DNA from: an uncultured Bacilli bacterium
GTDB lineage: Bacteria; Bacillota_I; Bacilli_A; RF39; UBA660
Direction: 5' to 3'
NCBI GenBank assembly: GCA_934122395.1
Contig: CAKOWQ010000001.1
Location: 125,602-189,601 of the forward strand
DNA length: 64,000 nt
Shown in pieces: positions 51,820 to 60,111 of this stretch (its first letter is position 1; every line of letters starts with the position of its first letter). A model generated the notes under the pieces. The model saw only the letters and a list, made by a program, of their open reading frames with translations. It was not told where the DNA came from and did no database searches. Both the position numbers and the translations under genes were made by a program.

Positions 51820-51901
51820 GTTACCATCTCCTATTTTATTATAACATATATACTTAACTTTTCTAGATTGTTTACTATAACTTTACATAAAAAGGAGTTA
51901 G

Positions 51902-52906
51902 TTATTGACTAACTCCATCGGTTACTTCTATTTTATTTAACGAATAATTATTGTTTTCATCTTTTATAAATGTGTACTTATAAATAGTGCCTTTATCGAT
52001 GTATGTACTAATAGTGGCATCTGGATCATTAGTTATAAGAGTTTCAAACTTAGGATCCATAAATACCCCTTCTCTAGTTATAAAGACTACTCTTTGATAT
52101 AATTCTATTCCATCTATAGTTTTATAAGCTTTAATTAACTTTTGTTGAATCAATTTACTTAATTCACCTGATTCACTATATTCATTACATGTAACTCTAT
52201 ATTTATCGTTTTCAAACGTTAGTAATAACTTCTTTGGTGTTTGATTTGAATTATAATAAGTATAGTTTAAATTTTTATAATTTATTGTAGTATTAGCTCC
52301 AAATAATAGTTGCATTTCTTTATCAAATACTTCTTTAGAAATTTCTATACCTTTTTCATCACATGTAGTTACATATTCTTCTACTCCTGAGTTTTTTAAC
52401 ATTTCACTAAAACTAATAGTTCTTTTTAATAAATATAGTTTTATATCATCAGAAATATCATTAGAATTTAGAGCTTGGTTCAAAAATAACGGATATAAAT
52501 CGATTTTCATAAAATCTGTTTCATAAAAGCTCATTCTACTATTTAATTCAACTACAGTACTATCAGTTAATGATAATTCACCCAAGGTATCTTCATTATT
52601 ATCATCAGCTTTGTCATTTACTGGAGTTTCATCTAGCTTTTTATCATTTATTTTAAAAGGATTAATAAGTACAATTAATACAATAACACCTGCTGCTATA
52701 ACACCTATTAATAGATATAATAGTTTTTTTCTTATTTCTTGTAATTCATTTTGATCATACTCTTTGTGAGGCTCTTCTTTGGTTGATACTCCGTATAACC
52801 TATTAATACGCTCTGTTAGTTCATCATTTTCTTTTTCAATAATCTCTTTAGTGTCTATTTTTTCATGATTAATATTAGAATTATTTTCTGACATAGTAAA
52901 CACCAC
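51902..52906 (-). CDS. Membrane-anchored hypothetical protein (paralog of the 55034–55882 product)
   Basis: Cytoplasmic N-terminus, one TM, external domain. C-terminus …YKYTFIKDENNNYSLNKIE matches …TYTFKMDEENNYYFYSSKIE of the paralog. Confidence 0.45.
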   Translation of the reverse strand: MVFTMSENNSNINHEKIDTKEIIEKENDELTERINRLYGVSTKEEPHKEYDQNELQEIRKKLLYLLIGVIAAGVIVLIVLINPFKINDKKLDETPVNDKADDNNEDTLGELSLTDSTVVELNSRMSFYETDFMKIDLYPLFLNQALNSNDISDDIKLYLLKRTISFSEMLKNSGVEEYVTTCDEKGIEISKEVFDKEMQLLFGANTTINYKNLNYTYYNSNQTPKKLLLTFENDKYRVTCNEYSESGELSKLIQQKLIKAYKTIDGIELYQRVVFITREGVFMDPKFETLITNDPDATISTYIDKGTIYKYTFIKDENNNYSLNKIEVTDGVSQ

Positions 52907-52989
52907 CTATTATAATATAATTTATTGTAGCATTTTTTAGTAATTTTTACAATACAAATAAAAAAATAACGCAGTGCGTTACTTCTTAA

Positions 52990-53244
52990 TTATTTTCTTT
53001 TTTTCTCCCACATTTTCCTTACTATATTTAATGATAAAGTAGATAAGAAGAAACCTATTACAGGTACTAATGAGCTTAAAAATATATTATTTATTTTATT
53101 AATTGAAAATGAGTATAATATTACAACAATATAAGTTAATAGCATAATGCAAACTTTTCTAGTCCAAGATGTTTCCCAAGCTTTATTTGTTTCAACTTTT
53201 TTATTTCTTTCTTTTATTTCATTTATTTCTTTTTCAAAGTTCAT
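52990..53244 (-). CDS. Small two-TM membrane protein
   Basis: 84-aa ORF, hydrophobic. Confidence 0.4.
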   Translation of the reverse strand: MNFEKEINEIKERNKKVETNKAWETSWTRKVCIMLLTYIVVILYSFSINKINNIFLSSLVPVIGFFLSTLSLNIVRKMWEKKRK

Positions 53245-53512
53245 AAAGTTTTCCTCCTGAAAGCGTATTTAAAGTTCGAATAGTTTAAACAAATTATCTA
53301 GTGGTACAAGTGTCGTAGTAATCTACGACTCTTTATCAAAGAAAATTGATATAAGAATCAATCTATAAATAAATTATAATACATATCTTTGAAAATTTAA
53401 CGAAAACTCTCGTCTGTTCGATTGTTTTATAAATTTACTTATTATATAATTTTAATAGGAACGTTTGATGTGAGTGTCGTCCTCCAATCTTGAAATAGAA
53501 AGGAGGGATACA

Positions 53513-53605
53513 ATGAAGAAAAGAACTTTTATAATAAGAGTCCTTCTTCTTATTGCTATCATTTTATTACTCCTTACCCTATTGGTAATAGCAATAAAAA
53601 TATGA
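53513..53605 (+). CDS. Small hydrophobic peptide (30 aa), type I toxin-like
   Basis: RBS AAAGGAGGG. MKKRTFIIRVLLLIAIILLLLTLLVIAIKI. Followed by a hairpin plus T7 terminator. Confidence 0.4.
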   Translation: MKKRTFIIRVLLLIAIILLLLTLLVIAIKI

Positions 53606-53647
53606 CACTCTTTCATCTCTGATTGAGTGTCAATACTAAGTTTTTAG

Positions 53648-53697
53648 AGGCGACATTCACTTGCAGAATCGAATGTTCCTCTTTTTTTATTTTACGC
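53648..53697 (+). terminator. Intrinsic terminator after the small peptide gene
   Basis: agaggcgacattc…gaatgttcctct followed by T7. Confidence 0.45.
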
Positions 53698-53727
53698 AAG
53701 TTTTCTTGCTTACATACCAATGATAAC

Positions 53728-53760
53728 ATAAAAAAGAACTTTTAACAAGTTCTTTTGTTT
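53728..53760. terminator. Bidirectional intrinsic terminator (downstream of the tRNA genes)
   Basis: aaaagaactt-ttaac-aagttctttt with flanking T/A runs. Confidence 0.55.
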
Positions 53761-53795
53761 ATAGTAAATTCGAATAGTTCGAACAGATTCTCTAG

Positions 53796-53879
53796 TGGTG
53801 CGGGTAACAGGAGTTGAACCTGCATGCCTAAGGCGCTAGATCCTAAGTCTAGTGCGTCTGCCAATTCCGCCATACCCGC
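53796..53879 (-). tRNA. tRNA-Leu (anticodon TAG), class II with long variable arm
   Basis: Reverse complement GCGGGTATGGCGGAATTGGCAGACGCACTAGACTTAGGATCTAGCGCCTTAGGCATGCAGGTTCAACTCCTGTTACCCGCACCA. Cloverleaf with encoded CCA. Confidence 0.8.
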
Positions 53880-53887
53880 AAAATAAA

Positions 53888-53964
53888 TGGTGGACCCTAT
53901 AGGACTCGAACCTATGACCGTCCGGTTATGAGCCGGATGCTCTAACCAACTGAGCTAAGGGTCC
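53888..53964 (-). tRNA. tRNA with CAT anticodon, most like tRNA-Ile2 (lysidine) / tRNA-Met
   Basis: Reverse complement GGACCCTTAGCTCAGTTGGTTAGAGCATCCGGCTCATAACCGGACGGTCATAGGTTCGAGTCCTATAGGGTCCACCA. Closely resembles Bacillus tRNA-Ile(LAU). Confidence 0.8.
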
Positions 53965-54072
53965 ATGACTTTTTAATAATAACATATTATTTTAAGTTAA
54001 TCAATATCAAAAATAAACTTTTTCTCTTTTTTCTATTAAATATCTTTGTTATAATGTTTATGAGGTGTAAAT

Positions 54073-54981
54073 ATGAACGTCGTTATTAGAGTTAGTGATA
54101 AAACAAAAGAAAAAATGATTAAATATTATGCAAATAAAAAAAGAGATAAAGTAATCCCCTACGTTGTATTTCAGGCGCAAGATGAAGATACTGTTATAAC
54201 TATGTATGAATCAGGTAAAGTTATGTTTCAGGGATCTAGCGCTGATGTAGATGCTACTATGTGGAAAGAAATGGATGGTCAAAGCGATAAAAAAGAAGAA
54301 GCAAAAGAAGTGATTCAAAAATACTATAACTGCTCTTCTATCGGATCAGATGAAGTTGGTACGGGAGACTATTTTGGTCCTATCGTTGTTACAAGCTGTT
54401 TTGTAAAAAAAGAAGATATTCCATTTTTAGAGTCGCTAGGAATTAAAGATTCAAAAAAATTAGATGATAATAAAATCCTTAAAATAGCACCTGAACTTAT
54501 TAAGAAAGTCCAATACAAAAGCATTATTTTAAATAACAGTGAATATAATGCTAGATATAACAGTTCATATAATATAAATAAAATTAAAGCTATCATGCAT
54601 AATAAAGTTTTGTTTGAAATGGTGCATACAGTAAAAGATCATTATGATTATATAATTGTTGATGAATTTGCAAGAGAAGCAAGATATTACGACTATATTA
54701 AGGAAAGTCCTAATATACAAAGAGGTATTACTTTCATGACAAAAGCAGAAGATAAAAACTTAGCTGTTGCTTCAGCATCAATTATAAGTCGTTATATTTT
54801 TATAAAAGAATTCGATAAATTAAGTGATTCGTTACATATACCTCTTCCTAAAGGTGCTGGGGATATGGTAGATAAGATCGGTATGGAAGTAGTAGAAAAA
54901 TATGGAAAAGATAAGCTTAATGAGATTGCTAAGTTAAACTTTAAAAATACTGAAAGAATATTAAGAACTTGTATATTTTAA
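54073..54981 (+). CDS. rnhC: Ribonuclease HIII
   Basis: 302 aa. N-terminal TBP-like domain and RNase H domain with GSDEVGTGDYFGP. Confidence 0.85.
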   Translation: MNVVIRVSDKTKEKMIKYYANKKRDKVIPYVVFQAQDEDTVITMYESGKVMFQGSSADVDATMWKEMDGQSDKKEEAKEVIQKYYNCSSIGSDEVGTGDYFGPIVVTSCFVKKEDIPFLESLGIKDSKKLDDNKILKIAPELIKKVQYKSIILNNSEYNARYNSSYNINKIKAIMHNKVLFEMVHTVKDHYDYIIVDEFAREARYYDYIKESPNIQRGITFMTKAEDKNLAVASASIISRYIFIKEFDKLSDSLHIPLPKGAGDMVDKIGMEVVEKYGKDKLNEIAKLNFKNTERILRTCIF

Positions 54982-55033
54982 GTTCTTTTTTTATGCATAA
55001 AAAAATTAGTTTAAAAATAAACTAATCTTAAAA

Positions 55034-55882
55034 TTACGATTCTATTTTACTACTGTAGAAATAGTAATTATTTTCTTCATCCATTTTAAATGTATAAGTT
55101 ATTATTCCTGAATCTTTAGCATAATCATCAAACTTAAACTTTTTAATAAAATCATTAGTTGGATAATCAATTTCTTTAATTAAATCTTCTTGATATATGT
55201 CTCGATAAAGCTTAATACTTGTTATATCTTTATCATTATCACTATATTCTTTATTAACAAACATAAAGTTTTCTTTTATTGTTATAGTTTTATTATCATT
55301 ATCAATATCATAACTATTTAATTTGTAATAATAGTTTTTAATCTTGTCATTATTAGGTTTAAAGCCATTAATTCTAGTTATTACATATTCATTATTATCT
55401 TTATCAAAACTAATAGACATAATACTGTTTTTTACTATTTTATTAGTCATAATTACTACCTCTTTTGAATTATCATGAACTGTATTCTTACCAAAGATAG
55501 TTTCTATATATCCATTATATATACCAGCATCAATCGAATATGTACGATCATCTTTTTTAGTTACTTGTTTTTCGTCTAATAAACCAAATGCATATCTAAC
55601 TTTTTCAAGTGCATCGAATTTTTCATAATTTAGTTCATTATTTTGATAAAAATAATATGTTGGTTCTACATCTCTATTAAATGTAATATATCCATATAAT
55701 GTATCAATTATGCTTTTATTGGTATCTTTTTCAATATTTTCTTCTTCCTTAGTATCTTTATGTCCTAATGCTGTATTGAATGAAAAGATAATAGCACTAC
55801 CTAATATTAAAATTGTACATACTAACATTAATTTCATTACAAAGTTTGAATAACTTGTATCTCTTTCTTTACACTTCATCAC
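55034..55882 (-). CDS. Membrane-anchored hypothetical protein (paralog of the 51902–52906 product)
   Basis: N-terminal TM. C-terminal similarity to the 51902 product. Confidence 0.45.
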   Translation of the reverse strand: MMKCKERDTSYSNFVMKLMLVCTILILGSAIIFSFNTALGHKDTKEEENIEKDTNKSIIDTLYGYITFNRDVEPTYYFYQNNELNYEKFDALEKVRYAFGLLDEKQVTKKDDRTYSIDAGIYNGYIETIFGKNTVHDNSKEVVIMTNKIVKNSIMSISFDKDNNEYVITRINGFKPNNDKIKNYYYKLNSYDIDNDNKTITIKENFMFVNKEYSDNDKDITSIKLYRDIYQEDLIKEIDYPTNDFIKKFKFDDYAKDSGIITYTFKMDEENNYYFYSSKIES

Positions 55883-55969
55883 ACATCACCCTATTATCAT
55901 TATAACATAATTATTTCTTTTTAAAATACTTTTTAAAACAAAAAAGCCCGAAGGCTTTTATTAAGTTAA

Positions 55970-57184
55970 TTATTCAACTTTTGTTCCGCAATTACCACAA
56001 AAGTTACCATGTACTTCCATACCACAGTTAGAGCATTTCTTAACTACTTGAACTGGAGTTCCACATTCGCCGCAGAATTTTCCAGTAACTTCTTTACCAC
56101 AATTTGTACATATTGTTTTTTCTTGTGTTGGCGCTGGAGTTACTACTTCCTCTTGTGGTTTAGCATATGGATCTACTGGAGTTGTAGCTACTGATGAAGC
56201 ACCTTGGGCTTGGAAAGCATTATTAGATACTTGGCCCATCATGTTAGTTCCTGTAGCCATGTTTACCATACCTACCCCCATAAATCCATTAGCTGCTCCA
56301 TTAGCATTATTAGCAGCATCACTCATAGCTCCAATAATTGCACCTTGTTGCATAAATGCATTTGAACTCATTTCGTATTGAGAAATCTTCTTATCACTAT
56401 CTTCATCTAATGATACTGATTCGATTACAAATCCTACTAATTTGATACCTCTTGCTCTAATAGGTTCATCAAATACTTTTTCATCCATAATCTTTTTGAT
56501 TTCATCAGTATTACTAGGTAACTCTAATACTGGTACTTTATGATTACTATTTCCTAATTCGTTTAATACGTTTTGGAAAGCACCTTTTACTTCTGAATCC
56601 ATTTGTTCTACTATTAAGTCTTTAGTTACAACATCAGCTGTACCAGCATGGTTTCTTAAGAACACATCTACTTTTTCAGGATCAATTCTAAATGTATATT
56701 TACCATAACATCTAACTTTAACTCCCATAGGTGCTAGTGTACCTGTCATTTGATTTGGAATAGCATGTGACCAATCTTGGAAAGGTATTGGTGTTGCTGT
56801 ACCAAATTTATTATCTAATATTTCTTTTGTATTAAAATAGAATACTGCTTGTTCTTTAGCAGGTGTTCCATTGTATGTAAATCTTTGCCACATTTCTTTA
56901 AATACAGCACCAAAGTTACCCCCAAAGAATGATGGAGATGAAGATTCATCAAAATCATATACTCCTTCTTCTGCTGTAGCATCAAGTATTCTACCTGAAT
57001 CATAGATAACTGCTACTTGACTTGGTCCTACTATTATTCTACTTCCTTTAGATATTTGACCACTTTTTGTAGTTTTTTTAACCATTAGGATATCATTTCC
57101 CATATCCTCACATTTAATTAAATCTTGCCATTGTTCATGTAATGTACCACCAACGGCACTTACTGCTGCTTTTATTAATCCCAT
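55970..57184 (-). CDS. SPFH/band-7 domain protein with two C-terminal zinc ribbons (COG4260/YdjI-like)
   Basis: N-terminus MGLIKAAVSAVGGTLHEQWQD… C-terminus CTNCGKEVTGKFCGECG…CSNCGMEVHGNFCGNCG. Confidence 0.65.
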   Translation of the reverse strand: MGLIKAAVSAVGGTLHEQWQDLIKCEDMGNDILMVKKTTKSGQISKGSRIIVGPSQVAVIYDSGRILDATAEEGVYDFDESSSPSFFGGNFGAVFKEMWQRFTYNGTPAKEQAVFYFNTKEILDNKFGTATPIPFQDWSHAIPNQMTGTLAPMGVKVRCYGKYTFRIDPEKVDVFLRNHAGTADVVTKDLIVEQMDSEVKGAFQNVLNELGNSNHKVPVLELPSNTDEIKKIMDEKVFDEPIRARGIKLVGFVIESVSLDEDSDKKISQYEMSSNAFMQQGAIIGAMSDAANNANGAANGFMGVGMVNMATGTNMMGQVSNNAFQAQGASSVATTPVDPYAKPQEEVVTPAPTQEKTICTNCGKEVTGKFCGECGTPVQVVKKCSNCGMEVHGNFCGNCGTKVE

Positions 57185-57217
57185 AAAATCCTCCTAAATT
57201 ATATCTATATTTTACAT

Positions 57218-58171
57218 CTATCTAATTGATGTGATGTCACTTAATACCCAATCGTGTTCACCAGTTGTAATAACACTCTTACAGTATTCACATTGACCTG
57301 CTGAAGTGATTTCTGTTGGTGCTCCACAATTTGGACAGTTAGTAGTCGATTTATTACTAACTCCTTTTTCTGTTTTAACTCCTACTTTACGATTGAAAGT
57401 CATCAAATAATTCATATGCCAATCTTTGTTAGGATCACTTTCTAATACTTTATTAGTAGTAGCATCTACTACATAATCACGCATAATCGCATGTAGTTCT
57501 ACAGTTAATACTTCTTTATCACCATCTACTTTAAAATCTCTTAAAGTACAGTAATTAACGTTAATTTTTTCAATTTTATTAATCTTGTTATTCTTTATGT
57601 ATTCATCAAGTTGTGCACTATGTTGACTGAATAGAGATTCACTTTCAAATGGGCGAATTAACTTCCAATTTCTATCGCTCCATGCTTGTTGAATCTTAAC
57701 AAATACTTCTCTTGCCCATCCAATAAATTTATCTTCTGAGAAGTTAGGATCGATCGCTCTAATTTCTTCAGCTACTTTTTGAGTATTATCTATATTTATA
57801 GCAGACGTTCCACTTGTATTCATGTTTGAAACGCTATTTTTTGCTTGATTTAAGAACTTATCTAACTTTCCTTTTTTCTTAGCCCATATCAAGAATATAA
57901 CTAAAGCAATTAAAATGATTGTTCCTGGAATTGGTCCAAACAATTCAAATAAGATATAAATAATCCAACCTATGTCAAAGGAACCACCACTGCCGCTACT
58001 ATCGCTTCCTCCATCATCATACCTATTATTATTACCTACATCCGCTAATGCACTATTATTAAATATTAAGCCAATTACCAAAATAATGCATACGGTTATT
58101 AAAGCAAATTTAATAATCTTTTTTAACTTCTCTTTTTGCTCTTTACTCACACTACACACTCCTATTTTCAA
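57218..58171 (-). CDS. Membrane protein with Tim44-like domain and C-terminal zinc ribbon (YdjG/YdjH-like)
   Basis: N-terminal TM and Gly/Ser-rich linker. C-terminus CPNCGAPTEITSAGQCEYC. Confidence 0.5.
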   Translation of the reverse strand: MKIGVCSVSKEQKEKLKKIIKFALITVCIILVIGLIFNNSALADVGNNNRYDDGGSDSSGSGGSFDIGWIIYILFELFGPIPGTIILIALVIFLIWAKKKGKLDKFLNQAKNSVSNMNTSGTSAINIDNTQKVAEEIRAIDPNFSEDKFIGWAREVFVKIQQAWSDRNWKLIRPFESESLFSQHSAQLDEYIKNNKINKIEKINVNYCTLRDFKVDGDKEVLTVELHAIMRDYVVDATTNKVLESDPNKDWHMNYLMTFNRKVGVKTEKGVSNKSTTNCPNCGAPTEITSAGQCEYCKSVITTGEHDWVLSDITSIR

Positions 58172-58226
58172 AATTAGTATATCACAAACTAATTCTTGTT
58201 ACTATATTATTCTTATACCATTGACA

Positions 58227-59219
58227 CTATTTTACTAATACCCATTCATCGTATCCATAAGTATTAGTAATTGCTCCAGTTGTCCTAATCTCTTCTTTTA
58301 ATACTACAACAGGTCTTGCTCCAAATGGACCACTAACAAGATCAAGTATACGCTGGCCACCATAAGTTGGCGCACCAGTACCTAAAGTAGATTTAGTAAA
58401 ACCTTTTAAGCAGGTTTTATCATCACACAAATCAGCTAATACATAACCTGCATCAGTATTTGATACTGAAGTTTTCAAATCAGTTAATATGTTACCTGAA
58501 TCATTATTTTTAGTTGAATTCTTCAAATCAGCTTCATTAGCCATCCTAGCACTCTCTGCATAATCACTATTAACAAAAGTATTCCAATCGTATGGATTAC
58601 TGGTAATAATACTAGTATCTGTAAACTTACTATTATCTCCAGTAAAGAAATAATATGTAGATGCCGAATAAGCAAGTTTATCATCAGTGTTATTATTAGA
58701 TGCTAAGTAATAACAGAATGGAGATCCTGCATGAATAATTGTTACTGTACTTTCACTAATTGAAAGAATTCGCCATCCATCATATTTATTAGTATTTCTA
58801 CTAGCGCATGTAATACTATTATTCTTACTAGTACCAGCATTATAACCACCAAATTCGAAATCATCTCCTTCTGGTAATGCTACAGTACTTGCCCATGTTC
58901 CAGCATCATAACTAACAAAATCACCTACTTGAGCTTTTTCTGCTAAAAGAAATGTCACTTCTTTTTTACCTATACAATTATTATATTCTCTTGCATCACA
59001 CTTACCACCATTTAAGTAACACTCTTCTAATATAGCCTCGCTAAGTGCACATTTATTCATTTTATCTTCTACACTTTTTACTAGTTCCTGATTCGTATCT
59101 TTACTTGATTTCATTATTCCAAAAATAAGCATTAAAATAATTATGATCAATGATAAAGTTCCATATAAAATAGTAGAAACTGCAAACCCCTTATTATTAA
59201 GTTTAATCATAACTTTCAC
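58227..59219 (-). CDS. Secreted Cys-rich protein with prepilin-like N-terminus (candidate minor pilin/adhesin)
   Basis: N-terminus MKVMIKLNNKG|FAVSTILYGTLSLIIIILMLIFGI: KGF motif and hydrophobic helix as in the 762 and 1324 pilins, but Thr rather than Glu at +5. 12 Cys. Confidence 0.45.
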   Translation of the reverse strand: MKVMIKLNNKGFAVSTILYGTLSLIIIILMLIFGIMKSSKDTNQELVKSVEDKMNKCALSEAILEECYLNGGKCDAREYNNCIGKKEVTFLLAEKAQVGDFVSYDAGTWASTVALPEGDDFEFGGYNAGTSKNNSITCASRNTNKYDGWRILSISESTVTIIHAGSPFCYYLASNNNTDDKLAYSASTYYFFTGDNSKFTDTSIITSNPYDWNTFVNSDYAESARMANEADLKNSTKNNDSGNILTDLKTSVSNTDAGYVLADLCDDKTCLKGFTKSTLGTGAPTYGGQRILDLVSGPFGARPVVVLKEEIRTTGAITNTYGYDEWVLVK

Positions 59220-59255
59220 CTATTATGATTATAGCAAAAAAAAATAAATATTTCA

Positions 59256-59801
59256 CTATTTATTTTTTAATATTATAACTATCTTGTCGCCATATTTTCT
59301 TATAGTTACCTCATCCAATTTTTCGTACTTATCAATATAATTATTGCTAACTTCGCATATTATTAATCCATCTTTATTTAGTAGGTCATATTCTATAATT
59401 TTATTTATTACTTTATTTAAACATTCATCTTTATAAGGGGGATCTAGAAATATTAAATCAAGTTTTATATTTTGCTCTTTTAAATATTTCAAACAATCTT
59501 CCCATTTTCTATTAATAATTTCTACTTTATCTTGGATATTAAATGTCTTTACATTTTCATTAATTACTTTAATACAATTTCTATTGATATCATTTAAATA
59601 ACAAAAACTACTACCATTACTAATAGACTCTAATCCTAAGTTACCACTTCCTGCGAATAGATCCAAAGAAACTGAACCCTTTACTTTATTTTGGATAATA
59701 GCAAAAAGAGATTCCTTAACCCTATCCATAGTAGGTCTAGTGCCTTCTATATCATAACCTTTTATTACTCTTCCTTTTAAAGTACCACTAATTATTCTCA
59801 C
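59256..59801 (-). CDS. rsmD: 16S rRNA (guanine966-N2)-methyltransferase RsmD
   Basis: 181 aa. Motifs LDLFAGSGNLGLE and DPPY. Confidence 0.85.
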   Translation of the reverse strand: MRIISGTLKGRVIKGYDIEGTRPTMDRVKESLFAIIQNKVKGSVSLDLFAGSGNLGLESISNGSSFCYLNDINRNCIKVINENVKTFNIQDKVEIINRKWEDCLKYLKEQNIKLDLIFLDPPYKDECLNKVINKIIEYDLLNKDGLIICEVSNNYIDKYEKLDEVTIRKYGDKIVIILKNK

Positions 59802-60111
59802 TTTGACACCTCTTTTTATCTACCAATTTATTTAATCTTTTATTCATTTCCAACACAGTAAAATATAACTCATCTTCTAAAGAACGATATTCACTAATCA
59901 AAGGATTTTCTATTATTTGTTTTTTTAGTTCTACATATTCTTTAGAATACTTATTATCCATATTACGATATTTTTCTAGTAAGTTTTTTAATTCTTCATT
60001 AGATGTAATTTCTTCTTTTAATTTTTTCATTTTTAGTATTTCATCGCAATTATTAAGTTCTTTAAAAAGAGAGTCTATTCTATCTAATATTTTTTCATTC
60101 ATAAAGAGCAC
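59788..60111 (-). CDS. YlbF/YmcA (UPF0342) family protein
   Basis: 107-aa helical protein upstream of rsmD, the position of ylbF/ylbG in Bacillus. Confidence 0.5.
   Translation of the reverse strand: MLFMNEKILDRIDSLFKELNNCDEILKMKKLKEEITSNEELKNLLEKYRNMDNKYSKEYVELKKQIIENPLISEYRSLEDELYFTVLEMNKRLNKLVDKKRCQSENN

Noticed and set aside
53271-53800. Two weak direct repeats (ttcgaatagtt … tctagtggt) about 490 bp apart next to the tRNA-Leu 3' end, considered as att-site remnants of an integrated element
   Set aside because: The repeats are short and imperfect. The enclosed segment is only ~500 bp with no integrase. Most likely chance, or tRNA-fragment debris.
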